DNA of 64,000 bases. It comes from Escherichia coli. Its GTDB lineage: Bacteria; Pseudomonadota; Gammaproteobacteria; Enterobacterales; Enterobacteriaceae. Under the pieces are notes generated by a model. That model was not told the DNA's origin. It saw nothing but the letters and a program-made list of their open reading frames with translations, and made no database searches. This document shows, piece after piece, positions 1 to 8,981 of the stretch. The stretch is taken from the NCBI RefSeq assembly GCF_003018235.1, contig NZ_CP027437.1, one strand, 5' to 3'. How positions within the stretch are numbered: position 1 is the first letter of the stretch; the number at the start of each line of letters is the position of its first letter. The translations under genes were made by a program, and so were the position numbers.

Positions 1-164
1 GTGCCGAAAAATATCTATTAACCGCCCCGTTTTGTTTTATACATGTCCGGACTACGGACAGATTTTAGTATTGTTGTGAAATTATTCTGCTTTATATTTA
101 CCCTCAGAGATGGCAACTGAAGCTCTTCCACATGGGGCTTCTTAATCTGTGATAAGGGTAAAAA

Positions 165-1718
165 ATGCAAATGATTACCTCGCGACAAAACAGATTATTA
201 CGATTCCTTTTACCACGAAGGGAATATACGACTATTGTTACGATTGCCGGCTATTTAAATGTTTCGGAAAAAACCATTCAACGTGATTTACGTTTACTTG
301 AGCAATGGCTGGAACAATGGCGAATAACCGTTGAGAAGCGTGCTGGCGCAGGTGTGATGTTAGACTCGAAGAATATTACTGATTTGCTGCATCTTGATCA
401 TTTGTTGGGAGCAGAATGTGAAGAGATTGATGGTGTAATGAATAATGCCAGGCGCGTTAAAATAGCGTCGCAGTTATTAAGTGAAACACCGAATGAAACG
501 TCGATCAGTAAATTGTCAGAGCGCTATTTTATCAGTGGAGCCTCTATTGTTAATGACCTGAGAGTGATTGAGTCCTGGCTTGCGCCGTTGGGGTTATCAT
601 TGATCCGCAGCCCAAGTGGTACGCATATTGAAGGTAGTGAAGGGCAAGTCCGACAGGCAATGGCATTACTGATTAACGGCATTATTAACCATAATGAGCC
701 GCAAGGTGTCGTGTATTCACGTCTGGATCCCGGAAGTTATAAAGCATTAGTCCATTATTTTGGAGAAGAAGAGGTGTTATTTGTCCAGTCATTGTTACTG
801 GATATGGAAAATGAATTAAGTTGGTCTTTGGGAGAGCCTTATTACGTTAACATTTTTACTCACATCCTTATTATGATGTATCGCAACACGCACGGGAATG
901 CGTTATCCAGAGAAGAAGATCAAACCAGGCAATATGATGAAAATATCTTTAATGTTGCCAGTCAGATGATTCATAAGATAGAACAACGAATTGCACATAC
1001 ATTGCCCGATGATGAAGTCTGGTTTATTTATCAATATATCATTTCATCAGGTGTGGCGATTGATGGACAAAAAGATGTTAGCATTATTTCACATATGCAG
1101 GCCAGCAATGAAGCGCGTCTGATTACCTGGCGTTTAATTACGGTATTCAGTGACATCGTGGACTGCGATTTTAGTGAAGACAGCGCATTATATGATGGCT
1201 TATTGGTGCATATTAAGCCGCTGATTAACCGACTAAATTATCGCATTCATATCCGTAATCCATTGCTGGAAGATATTAAAGCAGAATTAGCGGATGTCTG
1301 GCGGTTGACGCAATATGTGGTGAATCAGGTATTTAAAACCTGGGGTGAGAATGCAGTGAGCGAGGATGAAGTGGGTTACCTGACCGTTCATTTTCAGGCT
1401 GCGATGGAGCGGCAAATTGCCCGTAAACGCGTATTACTGGTCTGTTCAACCGGAATCGGAACTTCGCATCTACTGAAAAGCCGTATTCTGCGAGCGTTTC
1501 CTGAATGGACGATTGTTGATGTTATTTCAGCAGCGAATTTATCACAGGTTTTGCCTGACAATATCGAACTGATTATTTCGACCATTAATTTGCCTACAGT
1601 CACTATGCCGGTCGCTTATGTTACCGCTTTTTTTAATGATGCCGATATTAAGCGGGTCACTGAAATGGTGATTACGGAAAAATTACATCATGCGACATCT
1701 CGGGTCGTTGAAATTTAA
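165..1718 (+). CDS. PTS-operon transcriptional activator (Mga-type HTH, PRD domains, EIIB-like CSTGIGTS motif); regulator of frz-like operon
   Basis: 517-aa ORF; N-terminal HTH-like region (EKTIQRDLRLLEQWL), C-terminal LLVCSTGIGTSHLL typical of PTS-regulatory-domain activators; first gene of PTS operon. Confidence 0.8.
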   Translation: MQMITSRQNRLLRFLLPRREYTTIVTIAGYLNVSEKTIQRDLRLLEQWLEQWRITVEKRAGAGVMLDSKNITDLLHLDHLLGAECEEIDGVMNNARRVKIASQLLSETPNETSISKLSERYFISGASIVNDLRVIESWLAPLGLSLIRSPSGTHIEGSEGQVRQAMALLINGIINHNEPQGVVYSRLDPGSYKALVHYFGEEEVLFVQSLLLDMENELSWSLGEPYYVNIFTHILIMMYRNTHGNALSREEDQTRQYDENIFNVASQMIHKIEQRIAHTLPDDEVWFIYQYIISSGVAIDGQKDVSIISHMQASNEARLITWRLITVFSDIVDCDFSEDSALYDGLLVHIKPLINRLNYRIHIRNPLLEDIKAELADVWRLTQYVVNQVFKTWGENAVSEDEVGYLTVHFQAAMERQIARKRVLLVCSTGIGTSHLLKSRILRAFPEWTIVDVISAANLSQVLPDNIELIISTINLPTVTMPVAYVTAFFNDADIKRVTEMVITEKLHHATSRVVEI

Positions 1719-1744
1719 TGTCAGAATTTTATGAGGTATGACGA

Positions 1745-2215
1745 ATGGACATAACAAAAATCCTGAATACGAATCGCGTTATTTTAGATATGCAAGCGAC
1801 GAATAAAGCGGAGGCGATTGAAGAATTAACTAATCTTCTCAAAAAAGATGGTGCGATCGATTGTCGGGAAACCTTTATTAAAGATGTCTGGCAGCGCGAA
1901 GCGGAAGGCTCGACTGGTTTTGAAAATCATATTGCGATCCCGCATGGTAAATCTTCTGCGGTAATTAATACCACGCTGGCGATCGGGCGAACCCGGCAGG
2001 ATATTCCCTGGGAAACGCTGGATGGCAGTAGCGTGCGCTGTATTATTTTATTTGCGGTACGTCTTGAAGATCAAAATACCACCCATATCCGTTTACTTTC
2101 CCAGGTCGCGGGTGCGCTGGCGGATGATGACATCATAGAACAATTGCTGGTTGAGACGAGTCCGCAAAAAATCATTGATCTCTTTAGTCAGTATGCACAA
2201 TCCGATGTCTGCTAA
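1745..2215 (+). CDS. PTS EIIA component, fructose/mannitol (type-2) family
   Basis: 156 aa; conserved HIAIPHGK phosphorylation-site His motif; operon context. Confidence 0.8.
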   Translation: MDITKILNTNRVILDMQATNKAEAIEELTNLLKKDGAIDCRETFIKDVWQREAEGSTGFENHIAIPHGKSSAVINTTLAIGRTRQDIPWETLDGSSVRCIILFAVRLEDQNTTHIRLLSQVAGALADDDIIEQLLVETSPQKIIDLFSQYAQSDVC

Positions 2216-2232
2216 ATAACAGGGAGTATGTC

Positions 2233-2547
2233 ATGAATATTGTCTGTGTTGCCGCCTGCACGGCGGGTATTGCTCACACCTATATTGCTCGTGAAAAGTT
2301 AATTAAAGGGGCAAAAGCACTGGGCCACACCATTAAAGTTGAAACCCAGGGAACCATTGGTACAGAAAACGAATTACAGGCGGCAGAGATCTCTGCTGCT
2401 GACGTCGTGATTCTTGCTGTGGATGTGAAAATAAAAGGAGAAGAACGTTTTACCAATAAACGCATTGTGCGAGTAAAGACAGAGATCGTCATTAAATCGC
2501 CCGTTCAATTTCTTGAAAAGGTCGAAAAATCACTGGGAAATAAATGA
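2233..2547 (+). CDS. PTS EIIB component, fructose-type
   Basis: 104 aa; N-terminal CVAACTAGIAHTYIA Cys motif typical of fructose-family EIIB. Confidence 0.8.
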   Translation: MNIVCVAACTAGIAHTYIAREKLIKGAKALGHTIKVETQGTIGTENELQAAEISAADVVILAVDVKIKGEERFTNKRIVRVKTEIVIKSPVQFLEKVEKSLGNK

Positions 2548-2571
2548 TCCTTATACTGGAGGGATCTTAAT

Positions 2572-3663
2572 ATGAAAGAAAATAAAATTCCGGTTTCACA
2601 GGAAATTAAAAAACATTTATTAACCGGCATCTCGTGGATGATACCCCTTATTGTGGCCGCCGGGATATGTATTGCGTTGGGGCAAGTTCTTGGCGGTACA
2701 GATGTTGGTGAAAAAACAGGAACAATCCCGTGGATGCTTAATCAGATTGGCGGCTGGGGAATGGGGCTGATTGTGCCGCTGATTAGCGCGGCAATTGCCT
2801 ATTCTATTGCTGATCGTCCCGGTTTTGCCCCGGGCCTGATTGTCGGCTTTCTCTGTGGGCAAATCCATACCGGATTTATTGGCGGTATGTTGGGTGGTTT
2901 CCTGGTGGGCTACACCATTTTGCTACTTAAACGCTATATCCGCCTGCCGCAGTCGATGCAAGGACTCATGCCAATCATGGTGTTACCGGTATTGAGCACC
3001 ATTATCGGTGGGCTGTTAATGATGACGCTGATTGGTAAACCCATCGCCTGGTTACAAGAAGCACTGACTCATTTGCTCGAGTCGATGCAGGGCGGATCGC
3101 GCTTCCTGATGGGGGCCATACTTGGCGCGATGGCAACCTTCGATTTCGGTGGTCCGGTCAACAAAACCATGTCGCTGTTTTCCGATGGCTTGCTGGTCAG
3201 TGGCGTCTACGGACCAGAAGCCGTGAAATTTGTCGGCTCAATCATCCCTCCGTTTGGCATCACACTTTCGTTCTTACTGACACGCCATAAATACACCCGT
3301 GCGGAGCGCGAGGCGCTGAAAGCCGCGTTTCCGATGGGGATCTGCATGATCACTGAAGGAGTCATTCCGATCGCCGCGCGTGACCTGCTGCGAGTAGTGG
3401 GATCTTGTGTGGTGGCATCGGCGGTCGCGGGCGGCTTAATCATGGTGTGGGGCGTGGAGAGTCCGGTTCCGCATGGCGGCATGTTTGTTGTGCCTCTGTT
3501 CACCCATCCTCTGCTGTTTTGCCTGGCGCTGGGTATAGGCACGGTGATTTGTGGCGTGATGCTTTCACTCTGGAAGAAACCGGTAACGGAACGCGACGAA
3601 GAGTTTGACGAACTGAGCGATCAAAAGCTGAAAGATGAAGAGATCACTTTCACCCTCGAATAA
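2572..3663 (+). CDS. PTS EIIC permease, fructose-like family
   Basis: 363 aa, highly hydrophobic multi-TM protein; GGAGG SD upstream; follows EIIA/EIIB. Confidence 0.8.
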   Translation: MKENKIPVSQEIKKHLLTGISWMIPLIVAAGICIALGQVLGGTDVGEKTGTIPWMLNQIGGWGMGLIVPLISAAIAYSIADRPGFAPGLIVGFLCGQIHTGFIGGMLGGFLVGYTILLLKRYIRLPQSMQGLMPIMVLPVLSTIIGGLLMMTLIGKPIAWLQEALTHLLESMQGGSRFLMGAILGAMATFDFGGPVNKTMSLFSDGLLVSGVYGPEAVKFVGSIIPPFGITLSFLLTRHKYTRAEREALKAAFPMGICMITEGVIPIAARDLLRVVGSCVVASAVAGGLIMVWGVESPVPHGGMFVVPLFTHPLLFCLALGIGTVICGVMLSLWKKPVTERDEEFDELSDQKLKDEEITFTLE

Positions 3664-3674
3664 CCGGAGGCCCT

Positions 3675-4526
3675 ATGTTTGCCGATATGAAAAGTATGGT
3701 GATGAAAGCCTGGCATGAACATTACGCCTTGCTGGCGATCAACTGTATGAATCTGGAAAGTGCTCACGCAGCTATCCGCGTGGCGGAGAAGAATCGCGCT
3801 CCGATCATTCTCAATCTCTATCAGGGGCATCTGGCGCATTTTCCTGCACCCGTCGCGGCGGCAGTGGTTAAAACGCTCGCGGAATCTGCCTCAGTACCGG
3901 TCGCTCTGGCGCTTGATCATGGCAAAAATCCGGACTGTATTCGTCAGGCGTTTCGTGCTGGTTTCAGCGGATTAATGATTGATGCTTCTGCTTTTCCCCT
4001 GGAGGAAAACGTGCGCCAGACCAGGGCGGTGGTGGAACTCGCCGCCAGCGCGCAGCTCTGCGTGGAAGGCGAACTGGGCCATCTGGCAGATGCGCCGCGT
4101 TACGACCAGGCCGCCAATGCAGACCTGATGACGCAACCCACTGATGTGGAACCGTTTATCGCGCAGACAGGCATTGATCTACTGGCCGTCTCGGTAGGCA
4201 CGGCGCACGGCATGTACGCGCCTGGTGTTGTACCTGCTATTGATTTTCAGCGTCTGGCGGAGATTTTCCACTGCTCGAGCGTGCCTCTGGCATTACATGG
4301 CGGTAGCGGTACGCCGTTCGATCAGCTCCAGCTCTGTACGACGCTGGGGGTAGCAAAAATCAACGTGGGGGCGGCCATTTTTGAACGGGGGAAATCCGCG
4401 CTCCTGCATACCCTCTGTCACGATATATCCATTGAACTGGTGGACGCGCTGAAAGCTATGGAACTGGCCTTCGAAGAAGCGATTACACCGTATTTACAGG
4501 CGAGCGGCTCTATAGGCAAAGCCTGA
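3675..4526 (+). CDS. Class II ketose-1,6-bisphosphate aldolase (GatY/KbaY/FbaA family), copy 1
   Basis: 283 aa; LDHG, GTAHG and LHGGSG metal-binding motifs. Confidence 0.8.
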   Translation: MFADMKSMVMKAWHEHYALLAINCMNLESAHAAIRVAEKNRAPIILNLYQGHLAHFPAPVAAAVVKTLAESASVPVALALDHGKNPDCIRQAFRAGFSGLMIDASAFPLEENVRQTRAVVELAASAQLCVEGELGHLADAPRYDQAANADLMTQPTDVEPFIAQTGIDLLAVSVGTAHGMYAPGVVPAIDFQRLAEIFHCSSVPLALHGGSGTPFDQLQLCTTLGVAKINVGAAIFERGKSALLHTLCHDISIELVDALKAMELAFEEAITPYLQASGSIGKA

Positions 4527-4606
4527 TTCATTTTCTGTCATGGCCTTTATGCCAGTGCAATAACGCACCGGCAGGGCGGACTACACGCTGAAACTGGAGA
4601 TTTAAC

Positions 4607-5467
4607 ATGTTAGTTTCGATGAAAGAATTACTGCAACCTACCCGCCAGCACGGCTTTGCCATTGGCGCATTTAATGTGGCGGATAACTGTTTCCTTCGCG
4701 CAGTCGTGGATGAAGCAGAAGCGACAAATACTCCGGCGATTATTGCCATCCATCCCAGCGAACATGATTTTGTGGGCGATGCCTTTTTCGCTCACGTTCG
4801 CGAAATTACCCAGCGTAGTCCGGTCCCGTTTGTACTGCACCTCGATCATGGTGCCTCTGTAGAGCATGTTTTGCGTGCGATTCGCTGCGGATTTACCTCA
4901 GTAATGATCGACGGTTCGCTGCTGCCGTATGAAGAAAACGTGGCGCTGACCGCAGAAGTGGTTCGCCTCGCTCACGCGGTTGGAGTGTCGGTTGAGGGTG
5001 AACTGGGAACCATCGGACAAACAGGAACGTCGGTAGAAGGTGGTGTTTCACAAGTGACCTACACAGATCCGGCGCAGGCCGCCGATTTTATTGCTCGTAC
5101 AGGTGCCGACACTCTGGCTGTGGCGATTGGTACAGCGCATGGCATCTATCCAAAAGGGATGCAGCCGAAGCTGCAAATGGACATTTTGCGCGACATTGCC
5201 GGACGTATTGATATTCCGCTGGTGCTACACGGTGGTTCGGCAAACCCGGACGCGGAGATTGCTGAATCAGTTACGCTCGGCGTCGGCAAAATCAATATCT
5301 CCAGCGATATGAAATACGCCTATTTCCAGAAAGTGCGTGAAATTCTCGCTAAAGAGAGCTGGTGGGACCCGAACGTCATCTATCCGGATGCGATTAACGC
5401 GGCGCGGGAAGTCATTCGCCACAAAATGAAACTGTTCGGTTCGCTCGGTAAAGCATCACTGTACTAA
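4607..5467 (+). CDS. Class II ketose-1,6-bisphosphate aldolase, copy 2
   Basis: 286 aa; HLDHG, IGTAHG, LVLHGGS motifs; paralog of preceding gene. Confidence 0.8.
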   Translation: MLVSMKELLQPTRQHGFAIGAFNVADNCFLRAVVDEAEATNTPAIIAIHPSEHDFVGDAFFAHVREITQRSPVPFVLHLDHGASVEHVLRAIRCGFTSVMIDGSLLPYEENVALTAEVVRLAHAVGVSVEGELGTIGQTGTSVEGGVSQVTYTDPAQAADFIARTGADTLAVAIGTAHGIYPKGMQPKLQMDILRDIAGRIDIPLVLHGGSANPDAEIAESVTLGVGKINISSDMKYAYFQKVREILAKESWWDPNVIYPDAINAAREVIRHKMKLFGSLGKASLY

Positions 5468-5474
5468 GCCAGAA

Positions 5475-5495
5475 GGGCGGGGTGACCCGCCTTTT
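5475..5495 (+). terminator. GC-rich hairpin (GGCGGG-GTGA-CCCGCC) followed by TTTT between aldolase-2 and ROK kinase; possible intra-operon attenuator/partial terminator
   Basis: Inverted repeat read directly from sequence, T-run downstream. Confidence 0.35.
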
Positions 5496-5514
5496 ACGCA
5501 ACAAGGAACGAGAT

Positions 5515-6447
5515 ATGCACTATCTGGGGTTGGATATTGGTGGGACCAAAATCGCCGCCGTCGTCATGGATGCGCATGGCTGGGAGATTCGCCGTTACCG
5601 CTGCCCGACGCAAAAGTCGACATATCAACAATTTGTCTCATGCGTTGTGGCGTTTATCGAGCAGATTAGGCGGGACGTTCAACGACCGATGCTGACAGGG
5701 ATCGCCTTACCCGGCAGTATCTCGCCACTCACTGGCCTGATTAAAAACGCGAATATTCAGGTGATTAACGGTCATGCGTTACAGGCTGATTTGCAGCAAT
5801 TGCTTGGGCAACCGGTGGTGATAGCCAATGATGGTAACTGTTTCGCGCTATCAGAAGCTTGCGACGGTGCCGGGCAAGATTATGACGTGGTATTTGGTAT
5901 TACGCTTGGTACGGGCTGCGGCGGTGGCATTGCCATCAAGCAACGACCGTTTATAGGGGCCTGGGGAAATGCTGCCGAATGCGGTCATATCACGTTGCCA
6001 AGCTATACGGAGCAGGAAGATGGTCCATCAGTCAGTTGCTATTGCGGCAAACACAACTGCGTGGAGTCGTTTGTTTCCGGCAGCGGTTTTAGTGAACGCT
6101 ATCAACAGATGACTGCTAACTTGCTCACTCCTGCGGCGATTGTCACCCTGGCACAACGTGGTGATGCTTGTGCCATGCAGCAGGTGGCACGTTTTCGCCA
6201 ACAGCTTGCCCGCACGCTGGCAACCATCGTTAACGTTGTTGACCCTGGCGTGATTGTGATTGGCGGCGGGCTTTCGAATGTGGAACTGCTTATCACCGAT
6301 CTGAACGCAGAAGTCGCTCCACTGGTTTTCACCGACCAATTCACCACCCCCATTGTAAAAGCGCAGCACGGCGACAGTAGCGGAATGCGTGGCGCTGCCT
6401 GGCTTGCTATGCGCAACGGAGAAGCCAATGAAACGTTCACAAATTAA
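5515..6447 (+). CDS. ROK-family sugar kinase
   Basis: Start trimmed to MHYLGLDIGGTKIA (AAGGAA SD upstream); ROK glycine-rich ATP motif and Cys-rich zinc motif (CYCGKHNC). Confidence 0.8.
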   Translation: MHYLGLDIGGTKIAAVVMDAHGWEIRRYRCPTQKSTYQQFVSCVVAFIEQIRRDVQRPMLTGIALPGSISPLTGLIKNANIQVINGHALQADLQQLLGQPVVIANDGNCFALSEACDGAGQDYDVVFGITLGTGCGGGIAIKQRPFIGAWGNAAECGHITLPSYTEQEDGPSVSCYCGKHNCVESFVSGSGFSERYQQMTANLLTPAAIVTLAQRGDACAMQQVARFRQQLARTLATIVNVVDPGVIVIGGGLSNVELLITDLNAEVAPLVFTDQFTTPIVKAQHGDSSGMRGAAWLAMRNGEANETFTN

Positions 6448-7108
6448 TTATGTTATTGATAAAGCACATGCCATTGCGCAGACCTTCCGCGTTTGTTTGC
6501 CAGAGTTCGCCTATTTTACGGTGGATGACTGGCTGCAGCGGGAACGGGATAACTGGCAAGAAGTGGTCGACTTACAGCTCGGTTGGGATATCACCGATTT
6601 TGGTCGTGGTGATTTCAACCAAACGGGACTAACACTGCTAACGATGCGCAACGGCGCGCTGGGGGCGGCGGCATATCCAAAACCGTATGCTGAGAAAATG
6701 TTGCAGATCCAACAAGATCAGCAGACTCCCTGGCATTTTCACACCCACAAAATGGAAGATATCCTCAATCGGGGCGGTGGAGACTTATGCATGCAGTTGG
6801 CCTGGGCCAACGAAGCCAATCTCTGTGATGATCAACGAGTCATTACCGTGAGTGTTGATGGTCAGCGGCGTACCATGAAACCTGGTGAAACGCTGGTGCT
6901 AAAGCCGGGGCAGGGCATTTGCCTGCCGCCGCGTCTGTATCATCGCTTCTGGGCGGAAAAAGCGTTTGTTCTCGGCTGGGAAATTTCGATGGTAAATGAT
7001 GACCAACACGATAACTATTTTCTTGAGCCGGGAGGACGTTTTCCGGCGATAGAAGAAGATGAACCGGTGAAATGGTTATTGTGCAGTGAGTATGGAATTT
7101 TGCGCTAA
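6428..7108 (+). CDS. Cupin-superfamily protein (D-lyxose/sugar isomerase-like)
   Basis: Start chosen at MKRSQINYV (overlaps ROK stop by 20 nt); HFHTHK cupin metal motif; last gene of frz-like operon. Confidence 0.7.
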   Translation: MKRSQINYVIDKAHAIAQTFRVCLPEFAYFTVDDWLQRERDNWQEVVDLQLGWDITDFGRGDFNQTGLTLLTMRNGALGAAAYPKPYAEKMLQIQQDQQTPWHFHTHKMEDILNRGGGDLCMQLAWANEANLCDDQRVITVSVDGQRRTMKPGETLVLKPGQGICLPPRLYHRFWAEKAFVLGWEISMVNDDQHDNYFLEPGGRFPAIEEDEPVKWLLCSEYGILR

Positions 7109-7117
7109 TAACGGGGA

Positions 7118-7143
7118 ACGCTAGCGCTGATATCCGCTAGCGT
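7118..7143. terminator. Bidirectional hairpin terminator between convergent frz-like operon and yicH
   Basis: Perfect 9-bp inverted repeat ACGCTAGCG / CGCTAGCGT with 8-nt loop, followed by T-rich tract. Confidence 0.45.
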
Positions 7144-7151
7144 CCTTATTT

Positions 7152-8861
7152 TTACTGCACCGGCTCCGTCGACGTAACTTCACCACTGGAAACTACGCCC
7201 GCATTCATGGTTTGAGTCACTTGCTGCTTTGCGGCATTCACGGCATGCAATTGCCCGCTAACCGTAGGTTTCAGCGGGACATTGGCCTGAATATCGCCAC
7301 TGGCAGTAAGCTGAATATTGCCGTCGCCAGTCAACGGTAATTCAGGCCATCCCCACTGTTGCAAAATATTCACCGGCACACCGCGTCCATTCAGGCTGAT
7401 ATGGGTCTGACGTTGTGGCGTTTGTGAAACACTGGCGGTGGCTTCCAGAATGCCTTTTTCAGTAAATGCACTCAGTTCGCTGATATTCACCGTGCTGCTG
7501 TTGGCGGTCAGCGCCAGCGATGGGCGACGAACATCAACACGATTGAATGTCGCGGCGGCGGCATTCAGATTCGCCGAACCACTCCAGACGCCCCATTTAT
7601 GATCGGTAACCAGCGTCAGGTTGGTACCGTAACCATCGAGCGCGGTGAGCTGCCACGGGAAGTCAGGGTCGATATCAATGATCAGATTGCGGCTGGCGCT
7701 AAATCTCTTCAGTTGCAGGCTGTTTAACCAACCGGGTGTCGTTTCCATCCACAACTGTTGCCAGTTTTTTGGCAAGGTATATTCCAGTCCGGCAATTGCC
7801 GCATCATCAAGGAGCAACGTTTTCCCGTTGCGCAGCCAGTTCCCGGACGTTCTGACCATGCCCCCTTCCCAGCGGCTGGTGAACTGGCGCAGCGCTACGC
7901 CCTGCGGGGAAAATTCCGCGTTTATAATCGGGTCAAATAAATGCAGCGAACCATAAATGAACTCGCTGGCGTTCATCGACAGTTTGCCTTCCTGTGTCTG
8001 CCAGTCATCTTTACTGAAGGTCATGTTGCGCAAGCTGAGATCGAGGTCGGTCACCGCCCAGTCCGGACCTTGCAGGCGAGCGTCGATGACTTCCAGGCGA
8101 CCGATCTGCAACGACGGGACAGAGCGTAATGGCGCAAAGAAGTCAGTTAGCGATTTTTCGCTTTGTAGACGGATATCCGCCAGCCGCAGATTTTCCACTT
8201 GCCAGCTGCCGTCGGCGTTACGCTGCGCGTTTCCGGTTAATGTCCCGCGGGCGATGTCGGCACCCAGGTTAGTCAGCGTAACGCGATCGTTATCAATACT
8301 GCCTTCAATCAGTACATTGGTGGCAGGAACATCATTGAGAGAAAGCGATCCGGCACTAAACTGAATCTGCGCCTTCGTACCCAGCACTTTACCGGCTTCT
8401 GGTGACCACGGAACCACGCCACCATTTACCCGCTGCGCGCTCAGTTTCCATTCGCTATTCGGGCTATTAAACGCCATATCACGCAGTTGCAGACGATCGG
8501 CTTTGAACGGTAGCGGCGCGGTCTGGTCGGTGAGATTCAGCGTCCCGTTTTCCAGCAGGATGGTATCGACATGGCGTGGTTCGGTCAGTTGCCGACTGCT
8601 TAGCGCAATGTCGACACTTTTTGCCACCAGGGTCGCGGGCTGGCCATCACGGCCGAACGTGACGTTCTCCAGCACGATATGAGATGGCGCGGAAAAACGG
8701 TGATCCATCGCCCCGAAGGCCAGATGATAGTCGCTATTCTCGGAAACCCATGCGCTGATATGTTCTGCTCCCCAGCGGGTTTGCAGAAGAAAATAGAGGC
8801 CAGCGATCACCACTAACAGAGCGATGAAAATGTAGAGAAGCAGCTTCCCAATAAATTTCAT
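7152..8861 (-). CDS. yicH: AsmA-family outer-membrane biogenesis protein YicH
   Basis: 569 aa after trimming to MKFIGKLLLYI; N-terminal TM segment; synteny next to xanP. Confidence 0.85.
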   Translation of the reverse strand: MKFIGKLLLYIFIALLVVIAGLYFLLQTRWGAEHISAWVSENSDYHLAFGAMDHRFSAPSHIVLENVTFGRDGQPATLVAKSVDIALSSRQLTEPRHVDTILLENGTLNLTDQTAPLPFKADRLQLRDMAFNSPNSEWKLSAQRVNGGVVPWSPEAGKVLGTKAQIQFSAGSLSLNDVPATNVLIEGSIDNDRVTLTNLGADIARGTLTGNAQRNADGSWQVENLRLADIRLQSEKSLTDFFAPLRSVPSLQIGRLEVIDARLQGPDWAVTDLDLSLRNMTFSKDDWQTQEGKLSMNASEFIYGSLHLFDPIINAEFSPQGVALRQFTSRWEGGMVRTSGNWLRNGKTLLLDDAAIAGLEYTLPKNWQQLWMETTPGWLNSLQLKRFSASRNLIIDIDPDFPWQLTALDGYGTNLTLVTDHKWGVWSGSANLNAAAATFNRVDVRRPSLALTANSSTVNISELSAFTEKGILEATASVSQTPQRQTHISLNGRGVPVNILQQWGWPELPLTGDGNIQLTASGDIQANVPLKPTVSGQLHAVNAAKQQVTQTMNAGVVSSGEVTSTEPVQ

Positions 8862-8949
8862 GGTCTTCCATCCCGTGAAATGCACATAAGGGAGTTATGC
8901 ACGATTTACGCGCAATCCTCAAGGCGGGAATGGTGAAAGAGGTGAGACT

Positions 8950-8974
8950 GCGGCGGTAATTATCTTACCGCCGC
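8950..8974. repeat. Perfect 10-bp inverted repeat (GCGGCGGTAA / TTACCGCCGC) downstream of xanP; REP-like or terminator stem
   Basis: Read from sequence; no clean U-tract on xanP strand. Confidence 0.35.
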
Positions 8975-8981
8975 CAGTGAA

